DNA of 64,000 bases from Iphione sp. A-MEVVRFRX5 (lineage: Eukaryota): the NCBI GenBank assembly GCA_976226885.1, contig OZ320317.1:55986001-56050000 (forward strand), written 5' to 3'. A program made the position numbers and the translations under genes. This document shows positions 1 to 12,656 of this stretch, one piece after another. Within the stretch, counting starts at the first letter, position 1, and every line of letters starts with the position of its first letter. Below the pieces are notes generated by a model. The model had not been told where the DNA came from and did no database searches. It was given only the letters and a program-made list of their open reading frames with translations.

Positions 1-1943
1 CCCTATCAAGGTCTCCGGTCGCTGCTGCTAGTGTAGACTGTTTACGCCGAGCCTCCCGGGGACGGCTATTGATTACAGCTGGGCGCGCTGCGGGAAGCTA
101 GAGCTGAAGAGAAAGTAGGCACAGGGTCTTCATCTCCCCACGTGCACCCTCCAAAGAGCCCTACCATAACCCCGACCGACCTACCCAACTCCCCTCCTCT
201 ACCTCCTGAGCCCCCCCCCCAGGCCTTTCTTACATTCCGCTGCGTTGCGCATACCTTTCTCCTCCAACCTCCCCTCTCAGCTTCGTGCATGAATTCCGCG
301 ACGTTCTCCTCGTGGTCCTCGTCCTTCCCATCTTTGCGCCGCCTCGTCTTTCCGTAGCTTATTCCCGGAACCTCTCACCCGTTTCCTCCTCCTATGTGGA
401 CTCCCGTCGGACCACCCTAACCGACCACTCCCATTATCCTGTAACCGTGGACCTCCTTGCCCACTATCTTGCTTACATATCTATCCAGAAATCGACGTTC
501 ACAACGGGTAGGTTTTTTTTAGCCTTTATAGCTTGACTTTATAGCATGCTATAATACGTGGGAGAATCAATAGCAATAATACATAGCCTTTTCATAATAA
601 AAGGCCATAATGACCGAAAAGCACATACATGCATACGGCGATTGATTATATTCCATGCATTTTGCATGTAATTAACACTCGAGATTTGTAAACATTATGC
701 CAGCCTATAGGAAGGAGAAATTCTTCGAGGCTTATCATAGGAACAAGTAATACTTCAAGGCTAAATAAAGGACTTAATACGTGCTTCAGGCATCCGTGTG
801 AAGTAGGAACAGCCTCTCCTAATACGTAATACCTGGACGGGAATAGTATCGGGTTGTGCCCAGCAGGTAAATAGAAATTACATCATCAGTATAGATCGAA
901 ACGCAGTTGGCGCGTAGCTTTGCAGTCATCGGTAGAAAGATGGTAAGCAGAAAGGAGACTATCGCAAACTCGTATTCGGCTCGTGATTAGCGAAATTTGC
1001 CCAACAAAATAAGTCGACCTGATTGTTTATTTGCTTTGCAAACCAGTGGAGAAAGTTGCACTAGGCTTGATGCAATGTGTAGTTGACACTAAGGCCAGGT
1101 TTCCATGTGTGCATGTTGGCATGTCTGTGTATGCACATTTCTAAACATGTTTTTATGGGCGCAGTGGTTAACATGATGAGCGTACCCATACATGTGTGTC
1201 TGTGCGTGTACATAACTGTCCCATTTTTCTGTGAAAGCCATGCATGTTTGGCTCATGTATTTTGAGCAGAATCATTGTTAACATGTGCAAACGTGAAATA
1301 CATGTACATGCACCACGGCACATGCACCACAGCATGTATACAGTGGTTATCAGATTAACAGAAACACAGCCTTGCATGTTCTCCTACGCACACCCATGAC
1401 TACATGCATGCATGGACATCCAGCCTAATAGACAGAAAGCATGGGGGTGAATATGTAGCGAGAGGCTACCCAGCCGTGCAAGAGGCAATCTTGTTGGTGA
1501 GAGAGAAATGCATTGGACGTAACTTGAACCCAAAAAAGACCGCTGCCAGGCGCGAATAGTTGCATTGCGATAATAGAGGTGACAAATGTGCCAGTATGAG
1601 ACGACTTGCTTATTAGATGGAAGTCCTCGCTCAGGCTATGATGGTCCAGCCGATGGTTGCCTGCTGTTTCGGTTCTTGCCAATGTGCCTTGTTGTGCAAT
1701 AACTCCAACCAGTGTTACCAATATTGGCATGGTTAGCCGTTTCCGAGGCCACCCTAATAATGATGTAGTATCAGCATCCTGACGATTCTCCCTTACTTCG
1801 GGGTGTGTGTGTGTTTGGGAGGGGGGGGGGGTCGGGCCGGAGGGGGGATGGCATCCGGCAGTGCGTCGAGCTACATCCGGTCGACACAATACACGTAGGT
1901 GGAGCTAATTATCCGTAAGGGCGCTGATGTCTGCCCGAGTTCC

Positions 1944-2216
1944 TAGATGTCGCACTACACGTGTGCATGTGCAAGATGCATTGTCTGTAATTTAGGTGTT
2001 AGACGTCGCAATACACACGCATATTTGTAAGGTGCATCGTCTGTAATTTGGACTTTAGACGTCACACTACAGGTGCGTATTTTCAAGGTTTCCAAGGCAT
2101 TGCCTGTAATTTGGCCTTTATCTAAATATCACTACACACGCATATTTGCAAGATGCATTGTCTGTACATGTAATTTGGGTGTTAGACGTCGCACTACAGA
2201 TGCGTATTTTCAAGGT
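1944..2216 (+). repeat. Minisatellite, ~56-64-bp unit, ~4.5 copies
   Basis: Unit tagacgtcgcactacacacgcatatttgcaagatgcattgtctgtaatttgg, starting at about 1944, 2000, 2056, 2119 and 2183. Confidence 0.85.
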
Positions 2217-3427
2217 GAATTGTTTGGAATTCGCGCCTCCAGTAAACCTTTTGTGACATACAGATTAACATTGGCTAGTTTTGTATTAGCGTAGTGAGGA
2301 AAGAAATGCTGAAAAATACATTTCCAAGGCAATTTGAAATATCGGTTGGATATGTGAGAATGTGGATATCTTGAGTTATATATCATTTTAAGGAATTGGC
2401 TTAATTTTTGTCGGAGAAAATATCAGATGAGTATTAATTGTCGGACACGTGGTTGTGTCTGCTAAGGGTTAATTGTAGTTAGCTTCGTATCGTAAGCCCC
2501 TCGTAACAAATACCTAGAAAATGGATCTTAACAGAGATAACATCATTGTATATGATCGGACACGCCTCCTCGCCCTCCGATAATTAGATTCACGTCTGTA
2601 ACAGGAGCGCCAGACCCCTTCCCGCTAACGTCTTAGGCCGATGCCTCTGATGATGTGGTGGTCTGATCCATCGGATCATCTATTGGCTCAGACAGTCTTA
2701 TCAGCAATTGATCTCTTAACACCAATTCTACAAGCGACAGTGATGGATGGTGCTCGTGAATGACAATAAAATGGGCATGTCATATCGACTTCTATGAGGC
2801 TCCATCCAGCCACTCAGGTACCCGTGGTGAAATAATCGTAGGTCCAGTATTCAGCTGGTCCTTTAAAACCTTTTCCACATAACGACAATCTCTGGCACTT
2901 TTGGGTGTGTGAAATGCCAGTGCCTCAAGTACATGCCCAAAATATTTGTCCCATGAATGTGGCTAGATTGTCATCAGAGACCTCACATGCTTACGTGAAA
3001 CCACTTACATAAGGCTGGCCGATTTGCCCTGTTTCATTCTGTATACATCCTTACCTCTGCACTGCTGACACGCTTCAATATTGTTACAGTCTTAGCGTAG
3101 TTTCTATAGCCATAAACCCAGCTTACTCGTTCCAGCCAGTGCACACCTCCAGTACACCTGAACCAACATCATAGACGTCTTCCTCCCACCTGGCCTCTTC
3201 CCATTGCACAAGAAAAACACCAGCCTCAAATGGTGCGCCGCTTTATTCCCCGTGTCATATAGCCATGTACTGTTTGGTGATTGTCTTGATACGTCAGCCT
3301 GTTGTTGTTCTTGGTGGTATATGTCTGTTTGTACTATCTACCTTTTGCATCTTTCCTACTGGTCTAAACCCTTGTTACACCAATGAAAATGGATCAGAAT
3401 GCCAAACTTGTTTAGTTGATACCCATT

Positions 3428-3658
3428 TAGGGGCAGTTCCCAAGTATCCATTTTTTTTCTACGTGAACGGATCCGTATCCATAGAAAAATACCCATCCTG
3501 TAGTAATCATGTACACAATTCACATGTGGCCGTATCCATTTTTGGTATGGTATGGACCGTACCCATATATTCTGAATCCATCCAGTATGGGTTTTGCACG
3601 GGTACAGTTCCATACCCGAACCAAAAAATGGATACGGCCGTATGTGAACCGCCCCTTA
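3428..3658. mobile_element. Palindromic MITE-like element (Harbinger-like ends)
   Basis: Inverted repeat ttcacatgtggccgtatccatttttggt (3519-3546) / accaaaaaatggatacggccgtatgtgaa (3620-3648). The right end reads gtgaaccgcccctta and the decayed left end reads taggggcagttc. Confidence 0.6.
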
Positions 3659-4964
3659 GTAGTATATATGGCATTGTCTTTAAAATTGTAGTTGTCTAGG
3701 TGACGTAAAGCAAGCTGATTAACACCCTGCCATTTTAACAATGATACATTGCATTATGTGAGTCAGTAGATATGCGAGTGGCATGATTTGCGGAGTACAA
3801 GAGGGCAGTCGCCGAAGGACCTTGGTGAAGTGAGATTAATTTAAAGCACACACCTGTAATGGATTTCCGTTGAAGAAATCAGCCGCGGGTACCTCTTTCT
3901 TTAGAGTTGTCTGAGTCGCCCCTGGATGGGATCAAATTGACAAGAAAAATTTTGCTCAGATCGCCATGGTCCCGAAAAAAAACGGTTTGGCGTGTTTATT
4001 ACAGCCATTTTTGTTTTGGTTGAAATGGTTTCTTGTCGCTCTTGCTCACTAAGTCATGCTCTTTGCGTCACATACCGGTTTTACCGGTGAGATTTCAGGC
4101 ACTTATGATGATTGTGCGAGAGACTGATGACTGTAATGGAATCTATTTCATGATCTCTGTTTCGCTAGGGGTTTGAGTTGTTGGAGAGAACATGCTCCTA
4201 TGCCTACCCCTTAAGGGCTGGTTCTGATCCTCACGCACTTCTCTAGTCTGCTCAAGTGGATCAGTATGATCGTACTGAATGCTGTCACATATTTTTGATG
4301 TGGCTGTGGGCAATACACTCAGGATTCAGTGTAGCAAGACCATAGCCGTCGAGAGGGTCCGTTCCAACAGGTGTATCTTGGGCGAATCGTTTTCCCAGTG
4401 ACAGCACTCGATTTCGAAATATGTAATGTTCGCCCTTTTCATGAGAGTTGGTTTCACTGGATGTGCTAGGTGATAGAAATTCAGTCCCTATTTGTTCCTA
4501 TCTTCTAACCATCTATAACTGTTATGAACAATAGGAATTGGTTTTTCTTTTATCATCTGTGTGGAAGAGAGCATCAGGATCAGGTTGTACCAGTACTTTC
4601 CTTACGATTGTACCGTCGCAGGCACAGATTCCGCATGCAGTGGCATGCCTAATGGACTGATTGATGCCCTTACGGGTCTTCACAGAAATATGACATAAGA
4701 TGTGTGTCAATACTGTCTGCATCTGCCACACCCATGTGTAGTTCACAGTGCAGATACGGACATATGGCCTCATATGTCTGTATCAGCATTGCACAATTTT
4801 TTCGGAACAGTTGTAATCTTTTGTCATGACCTCATGTATCTGAACTGTCCGCACCATCCACATCTATGTATGTGTGCAGATCGAGAATGAGGCAGGTTTT
4901 TAGATGTATAGATAGGGATTTTTCACTCAAAGTGGAATAAGCCAGGTGCAGCCCTTTTAACTAT

Positions 4965-5238
4965 TGATCAAGACCAGACAGATTTACAGTAGCCCCAACC
5001 CAGAGTGTTCCACAACTCATGAAAAGGCCATGGGTGTATAGGATTCTGTCCCTTATGCATAAAAAGACCCAAGAAACCTTTTTGAAATAAGAGTAGGGGC
5101 AAACCAGGATATTCTGGTGTCTCAATTCTCAATAACAGCTGGTACAGTGGTAGTATGCTACCCCAGGAGGACATGGAAGAACCCTGTCATGTGATAGGTG
5201 AATGTCTAGTTCCTGGTAAACGATACAATGAAATAAAA
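4965..5238 (+). mobile_element. 5'-truncated copy of the same SINE
   Basis: Colinear with 26964-27225 from tgatca(a/c)gaccagacagattta to gatacaatgaaat; lacks the tRNA head. Confidence 0.88.
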
Positions 5239-8200
5239 GTTGTATTAATGCATATTCTTGTAGCCAGTGGATCGACATCTGTTGGCTAACTTTCAGCAGG
5301 CAACTACACCTATACATGCACATATTCGCCTGCACAACCTCTGCACTTGTAGGGACTGGTTTGGTTACTTATCCATAATATCCTTCTTCAATAAAAAATG
5401 TTGCTGAGGCTAAATTACCCCCTCACCTACTTGAGGGACACAAATTACTGCACAGCGTGACATTTATATTCGCACAATTCTTATTCCTTTCCCTTTGTAA
5501 CAGTGGCATGGGATGCACGATGCTCGGTAGTGCTTGAGGCGTATCTTTCCTGTTTATTTGCACCTGTCATAAGCCCTTTAGCTACTGGAATCAGTGCTAG
5601 AGGCGGACAGAAGTCTTGCATCAGTGATGTGTAAGGAGTAAGCCCAGCGTTATGCTGTAATAGAGCCCGTGTGATCATATCGACTTCCGAAGCCGGTATA
5701 TCACAGGGATATGTGGATTACATCATTATAGTGAGCCACGATTACTGTGCACATTTAGATTGTTTTCTTCGTGATACTTAACACCTTTAACTGAGATGAC
5801 ACTGTTCTCATACGTCCATGAAAGGTCAGTCGCATATCTTTTCTGAAAGACCTTTATATAAAATGCGCTCCTCTGTATCATTTATGGGTCCCGGATTACA
5901 CTATCATAAGGAACAATTGGTTGCACATTAAACGATTACTGTATACCATACATCAGGCTGTCGTGTATAGAGACTGCTCCCTGCACACGTGTTCCATCTT
6001 TTCCCACTAACAGCCCAGCAAGCTGGCTCTGAGAATGGTAATATATATTATTAGGCACCACCACCTCCCTACCCACATGCCACTTCACATGTTAATCCCT
6101 TTCCCTTGCCTCCATATTCCCTATTCGGTTACATTGTAGGTTTAGGCTCTCTGAAATGATATGACATGTACATGTAATTGCATTCGCGAAGTATGCGGGA
6201 AAGCGTTTTGACCCGCATATATTTCATGTTTTCGCACTGAGCGCCAACCCTGAAAATTGGTCCTGTGAATTGCAATATCCACCTACACAGGGCTCCAACC
6301 TCGTCCTGCCCACCGGTTATCATCTTCCTCATTACCTCCTCAGAAAAAATTCAGTTCATCAGTCCGTCTAGACAGAGCCGCTCCCCGCCCTGTTTCCCAT
6401 TCCCTTGTGCACCAGATCGTCCCTTCCCACTCAGTTCACCATTATAGCCTTTGGCCAGTGCAGTCGCCGACACAACTTTAGTTGGTCCGCTCAGTTTACC
6501 AGAGCCTTTATAGAGCCCTACCGCAGCCACCAGTATCCACTCCTGTATGTCACCAGTTAACGGGCAGTTGGCCGAACAATAACCACCAGCTCTAGCTCGG
6601 TCCCGGGTTATCATATTGCTTTGCCCACCACCAGTGAGCCACGAAGGTAAGGGGATGGTCCAGTTAAGGGGAATGATTGGAGGGAGGGGAAAATAGCAGC
6701 TTTGCAGGAGGGCTCCTGTTCGCAGGATAGTGTAAAGCAATGTGCCTGTGGTTAAAGTTATGAAGCTGCATCCGGGTTGACAGGATTTTTAAGTTCACTG
6801 TGAGTCAGAAGGAAAGGCGGTGAAATGATAACGGGCAACAAGTGTCGAAGCATGGGATTTGCCGACCACCTCTGGCTATAAAACCTTTATAGATATAACG
6901 AGGATAATTTACGTGTTGTTAAAAAATGGCGATATACATGTATGTATTTGTGTGTAGCGAGTTTGTCGATCGCGCCAGTATCATATGACCATATCTGCAC
7001 TTATTTCTCGAAGCTCAAGCTTGAAAATACACTCTGCCGTTTTATATAGCAAACGTATATGTCGAACTACTGACATAAGACAATTGTAATTTTGTGTCGG
7101 AGCTTGTTTTGCCTATGGCGGTAGGGTACTGCAAACTACATTACTTGGTGATTTAAGTATAGATTTGAACAGTGCATTTTTGTTACCGTACGCACATTCA
7201 TGTTGTGCGTCTTGTATAGTCTATGGGATGTTAAAAAAAACAGAAATGAGAGTTCCCGCCTGCATTCGTAAAATTTACCGCTGAAACTATTACAAAGTGC
7301 AAAGATTTCATGAAGCAATGAGGCATTTTAACGCATCACGCCATCACAACATGGGAAGCCCCAATACTCTGGGGCATCCTTCTTTCTACCGCACCTTTAA
7401 AACCACCTCGCTCAGCGGGATTTGAAGTGGTTCATTGTCTGCTCGAAATAGCTTTTAGTAGGTTGCCTGTTAGCTAAGATAAGTGGATCGAGTAACTATG
7501 GTCAAGAAATCAGCCATCTGTTGCCACTCCTTCTGGCTCGGGCTCGATTCACTACCCCTGCCCTTCGAGACGCAGTGGCTAAAAACCTGCCTCCGTGTTA
7601 GCGGCAAGTTGAAAAGTATTTCGTCTGAGGACGAAGGAAAGGACTTCCTCCATTGTCAGTATACATGCATTTGGGTTGTAGCTGCAATAATAACCATCGC
7701 TATCACAAAGGGTTTTGATGAGAAGTGAAGAGTGTGCATTGTGTGACTTATCAAGCAATGGCTATTTCACGAATGAACAACATTGTATCACCAGATAATG
7801 TGCATATATGTGTATGTGAACCAGCAAATTCATTAATTTCTTTTTCAATCCCTAGTTTGACAATATTGTTTACAAATCCCTCTGTTTAACCTTGCAGAAG
7901 GTGAGTCTGCTGTCCGCCTTGACCTGTGAGGGCTGCGCGCCGCTGGACCAAAGTTTGACCTTTTTGCTTCTAAATGTGACAGCCAGGGTGACCTTGAGTT
8001 TCCTGCTTAATCGGGCGGGCCGCTAGGGGCTGCCATATACACGCACATGCACTCATGCACTTTATATAATTAACTTTTAGTAGGCACAGTGTTAAAAAAT
8101 ACACGTAGCAAAAAAGTCATTTTAATCAATGTAATGTAGGTACACTGCTTCTGTAGCACAGTGGATTACGAAGAGTATTTGAAACAGTTTACATTTAATA

Positions 8201-8849
8201 CATACCTGTATCAGAGTTTTTCCTCCAGAGGCAACTGTAATTACACGTACATGTACATGTATATAAGTATTTTTTTATACCTGTACCAATAGTGGTGTTG
8301 TGCAGTCATTTATCTTTCTTTTAGTTATGGTTTTTCTTACTATCTCTGTCAACATTTTCAAATGCATACAATATGCACAAACGTCTCTCATGCTCTCCTC
8401 CATAGAAAGGCCTGGGCGAAATGGTGGTGACAGTTTCTCTTTCTCGGCCACAGTGTTTCGAACTGCCTCTGCCCGAGTGCATCTGCCCAACTATTTGGCT
8501 GTTCTCCTCCAATCCCCTTTACCCCACTTATACTACCTTATCAGTGTATCCTTCTTTCCATGAACATTTGCTGCGTTTCTGCAGTATACACAGCCCTTTG
8601 GCCTCATTTGCCCAAGCCCCAGCTCGTATGCTAGTGAAAATGTTGAAACATGCTTGAAGATGTCACTGAGTGCAGGCATATGGCTTGTCTCGGGAGTTCC
8701 CCCATGTTGACGTGCTTGTTCTCAATACTACCTACTACGTGCTACCTGCTGTAGTTCGTACCGTCGTAACTATTTCTACAATTGCCACACAACAACTTCT
8801 GGGTACAAAACAGCCTGAAGCTGGCCCCATAATGTATCACCGTACATAT

Positions 8850-9180
8850 AATATGTGGCGAAGCTTGTAAGTTACTTGGCGTGTTTAATCTACAGTGTCC
8901 AGAGAGATGGTAAAGAACCACACACTGTAAACATCACTAGATCCTGATGCTCTGGTATGTTCAATACTTTCAAAAGGCAAGGGATGGAATTCGTATCGTA
9001 CATTTGATTGATATTACAATGTCATCAAACTTGTCGCAGTGTACAACGTCGATGTCTATAAACTGGCTAAAAATACCTCTGTCACTGCACTGTTGGCACT
9101 GCCCACGTACCTCCAGAAATGTTCTAGTCGCATTTTGCATAGGCAAGATAATAACAGGTTTACGTTGAGTGAAAGCGCTG
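8850..9180 (+). mobile_element. L2/Crack-like LINE RT C-terminal remnant
   Basis: CKLLGVF followed by ALPTYLQKCSSRIL; weak similarity recognised by eye. Confidence 0.3.
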
Positions 9181-9329
9181 TCGCGTGCGCCAGTTCCGTA
9201 CCAGTTTCATAGCATCTACAGTCCGCAAGATTAGGAGACAGACGTGAAAGAGAGCGATTGCACGAAGAAAACTATTGTACTTTATTTTTTGAACCAGGAG
9301 ATCAGAAATAGACCATTCACATAATAAAA

Positions 9330-9700
9330 CGAATCGCATGTTGCTGATAGCTTGTTCTTCGTCATCACACTCTCTAGGTGTTTAAGCGCATCATTCGCGT
9401 ATTCCATACAAGCTTTCTGCACAGACCTTTGGCTTCGCCGTTATGCATATAGACGAAACGCATCCATTTCATACAAGTTGAGCATTTCCAATGCTAAACT
9501 TTCTAAAGTCAGTGACCGTGCATGTATTTGCTTCGGGCTCATCTTTACTACTATTTTATCCCTACACAAGCGAGTCGGAATTGGAATACTGGTACATGTA
9601 AATGCTTGCACGAAGAGCTGAGCACATATCCCCCTCACTCTGCACTCTCATGAACCTGGAGTGAAGGGCAGAACACAAACTCGTCTGCTTACAAGTGCAG
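9330..9700 (-). mobile_element. Gypsy-type LTR retrotransposon gag remnant
   Basis: FMRVQSEGD...ALRA (9628-9654), followed after a frameshift by RLCRDKIVV...SLTLESLALE. This resembles the gag pattern F.R.Q..GE / RDRIV.G / LTLEKA. Confidence 0.5.
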
Positions 9701-11399
9701 TGCCCACAAGGACACTTGTGAGTCAGGGACATGGCTTTTCGAGTGAGGCCGCGACGTTTATCCCGCTGGGGAACAGGGATCGAATACTTGAAATGTTAGG
9801 TCTGCGCCGCCCCCTGGAAATCATCAGTGGAGAGAGTATACTAGAAATGTAGCCATTCGTGTTTGGCCAGCTTGTCATAATCCTGGACATGTTTACTGCC
9901 GCGGTTTACACTAAGTAACAAGCGGTGTTCTCCTTTCGGATTGGACAGGGCCACCTGCCTATCAAAACACACGGAATGCTGCGTTCTTACAGCGTGAAGA
10001 TAAACACTCAGAGACATAAAAGCATACATACAAACACGGGTACTATGCAAACATACCTGCATACCCCGGCACATATGCGCCTAGGCTAGCATATGAGCTA
10101 ATACATGGACGCGTTGAGAATATACACAACCTCGTCCAGGCACAAGACAGAGCACGCATGAACCAACAAACACCACAGCATACCATATCGACATATACAC
10201 CACATTTTCTCTCACACATACTGAACGTGTACAAGCCTTCTCATACAGAGCCGACGCACAAATACTTAATAGCTGATGCTTGTGCCGTTCTGTCAGACAC
10301 ATACTGTTAGAACCAGCGTAGATCCCCCGTAGTGCATATGGTCATAGAAAGTCGATCACTGTCATCCGCATAACCTGATGATCTGTGAATTGCGCTTGAT
10401 GTATACACGGAGAAATATCATGTAAAAATATAAACTACACAACTCGCAGTATTCTTATGATTTTCGCCTGTGCTATCTCTGCCTGTTATTTGAACTTCGG
10501 GTGAACAATGTGAAGAGTGGCTCGGTTATAAGGAGGTGTGTCGAGTAGCAGTATGGTCGAGCAGCTCCCAAGTCGCTTAGCGGGCCGTCTTAATAATTCA
10601 TATTTACTCGCTTAGTAGGTACTGCCTACCTGACTCTGGGGTTAACGTGCCCTTTACAGGGGCTGAACGAATGCCTTAACCTTTTGGTTAATTAAACCAT
10701 GGCCTACTCACTTTACTGGACCGACCTAATATGGTGTATGCTTGGGCTAGGGGACTCGCATTAACGGCCTGGTCTCTTTCAAATTAATTTCCCACCGTTT
10801 CCCCGCATTGATCAAAAGTTGTTATTTTCTTTATCCCGATTCTTACCGTATTCATTCCTGCGTTTCGCAATTCCATTTTATCCTTTCCTGTAGCCCCTGT
10901 ATTGTTCGCATCCCGCCCCATCCTTTTTAATGCATTGTTTATATAACGCTGTGCTCTTTTTCCTCATGTGTCACATGCACCCTTATGTCCTTCCTGGCTT
11001 TTCTCTATGCCTATTTCCTGCTTTTAACTGTCTTCCGCCGAGCATCCCCGCTTCCCACCTCTCAATCTCACCGGTCCCTCTACGCAGCCTCAGATTTGTT
11101 CTGGCGTATTTACTGTTATTTGTCCTGCGTTTTGCTGCAAAGTGTTCCCCCTCCCCTAACCTGTCACTGAACGACCCACTCTTCGTCCCCCTTCTGTTTT
11201 CCGGCCACCCCCTACTCCTCCATTCCCATCTGTTCTCAATGCCACTGTCCATTAGTGAATTATGGAATAAGGGATTATTACCAAATGGAAGTTAATCCAA
11301 AATCGATATAAAATTCAATTTCACCGTTCGAAGTGCTCACATTCGTAACATGCAATGCATTGATGTTCATCAATGGGTCTGCCAATACAACAAGCCCAG

Positions 11400-11900
11400 C
11401 CCCTCTGTATAGACAGGTAAGCTGTGCTCCGATGTGTACCGCTCGTTAGTGGCGAGTCATTCCCTACAGCCGGAACATTTACTGATTACGGACTTACTCA
11501 CTGGCTTCCACCATAGACCCTCAACCGATGCACTGATGACAGTAAAACGGCAGTTGGCAAGACAGTGGCTCCATGCTGTGGCTCTTTCCTGGAGTGCGTG
11601 CACACATTCGGCTGGTTGTAGACCAAATCTATTTCTGTGCCAGATAAGGTTCCCCTCCCCCTGCTGGCTCAGTGTCTCCCGCAGCGTGCGTGCACGGTCG
11701 GCATCACTCAGCTTACCATTTGAGACCTTCGACTGGAACCTTGTCAACCGGCACGCCATACCCTGATGGCTTGAAGGCCTTGTGCTGGTATGTTGGGCTG
11801 GTTGGCAGGCAATGATCGGAGCGCCTGATTTGGCCTGTGATGGGTCTCTGTGAAGTGCCGATTGCTTGGACAGTAAATATGTATGGAGGTTTGGACGGTG
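11400..11900 (-). mobile_element. Possible RTE-clade LINE 3' remnant
   Basis: FQSKVSN (resembles WQDKVTN), LIWHR (resembles LRW.GH) and a terminal CSGCR; weak. Confidence 0.25.
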
Positions 11901-12656
11901 CTAGCCTTTAGTCGTGCATCCCTCTAGGTAGGTAGGTGGCCGAGGTGATGACCTCCACAATAGTGACGTGGCAGATGCTTGAGCCTGGAAGGTAATGCAG
12001 TCAGTCGGGCAATGCTCCTCTTTCCATTAGGTCACTGACCGTCTGCTAGGGGTGCCTATGTACTGATATTGTATGCAGACAATATGATGTTAATCAGTAT
12101 TGTAAATTTGATTAATGAGGTAGAGAAGCTTTTGCAAGCCGATACTGACAAACTAGGGCACACGACATTAGGGCCAGCAGGAAAGAATTGCACGCCAGTG
12201 AAACCAACTGAATGCTAAAACAAAGGGCGAAACAAACCGTTGTTGATGGAAATTTTAATGTTATGCTGCAGGAAGCCAAAATTGAGCAGACCAAATAATA
12301 CATTACCTAGAAATTTTACGAAATATAGAAATTATGAATATGCGCATATGTGCAGGGTATGAGAAATTGAACAGAGAAAGAGATATATACGCATATTATT
12401 TGTTTGTTATCTGAGGACTTTTCAGTCAGGTTGATAAAAACCACTGTTAAATATTGTGTGACTACATAGGTCCACCGTTAACAAATATAAATAACCACAA
12501 TATCCAGGGACTAAAGATACTGATGGACATAGTATAGAATAGCCCTAGATGTAAGTTAGACTGACCATAAAACAGTAGAAAAGCTAGGTGCACTCATCAG
12601 AATATCATCACTTGTTAAAAGATTGGCATATTAGTTAATATATATTAGTAGAAACA

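Noticed and set aside
1-520. Retroelement-like peptide fragments (PVTVDLLAHYLAY, TTGRF)
   Set aside because: Equally compatible with a DIRS recombinase N-terminus or a LINE ORF2 C-terminus; too degraded to call.
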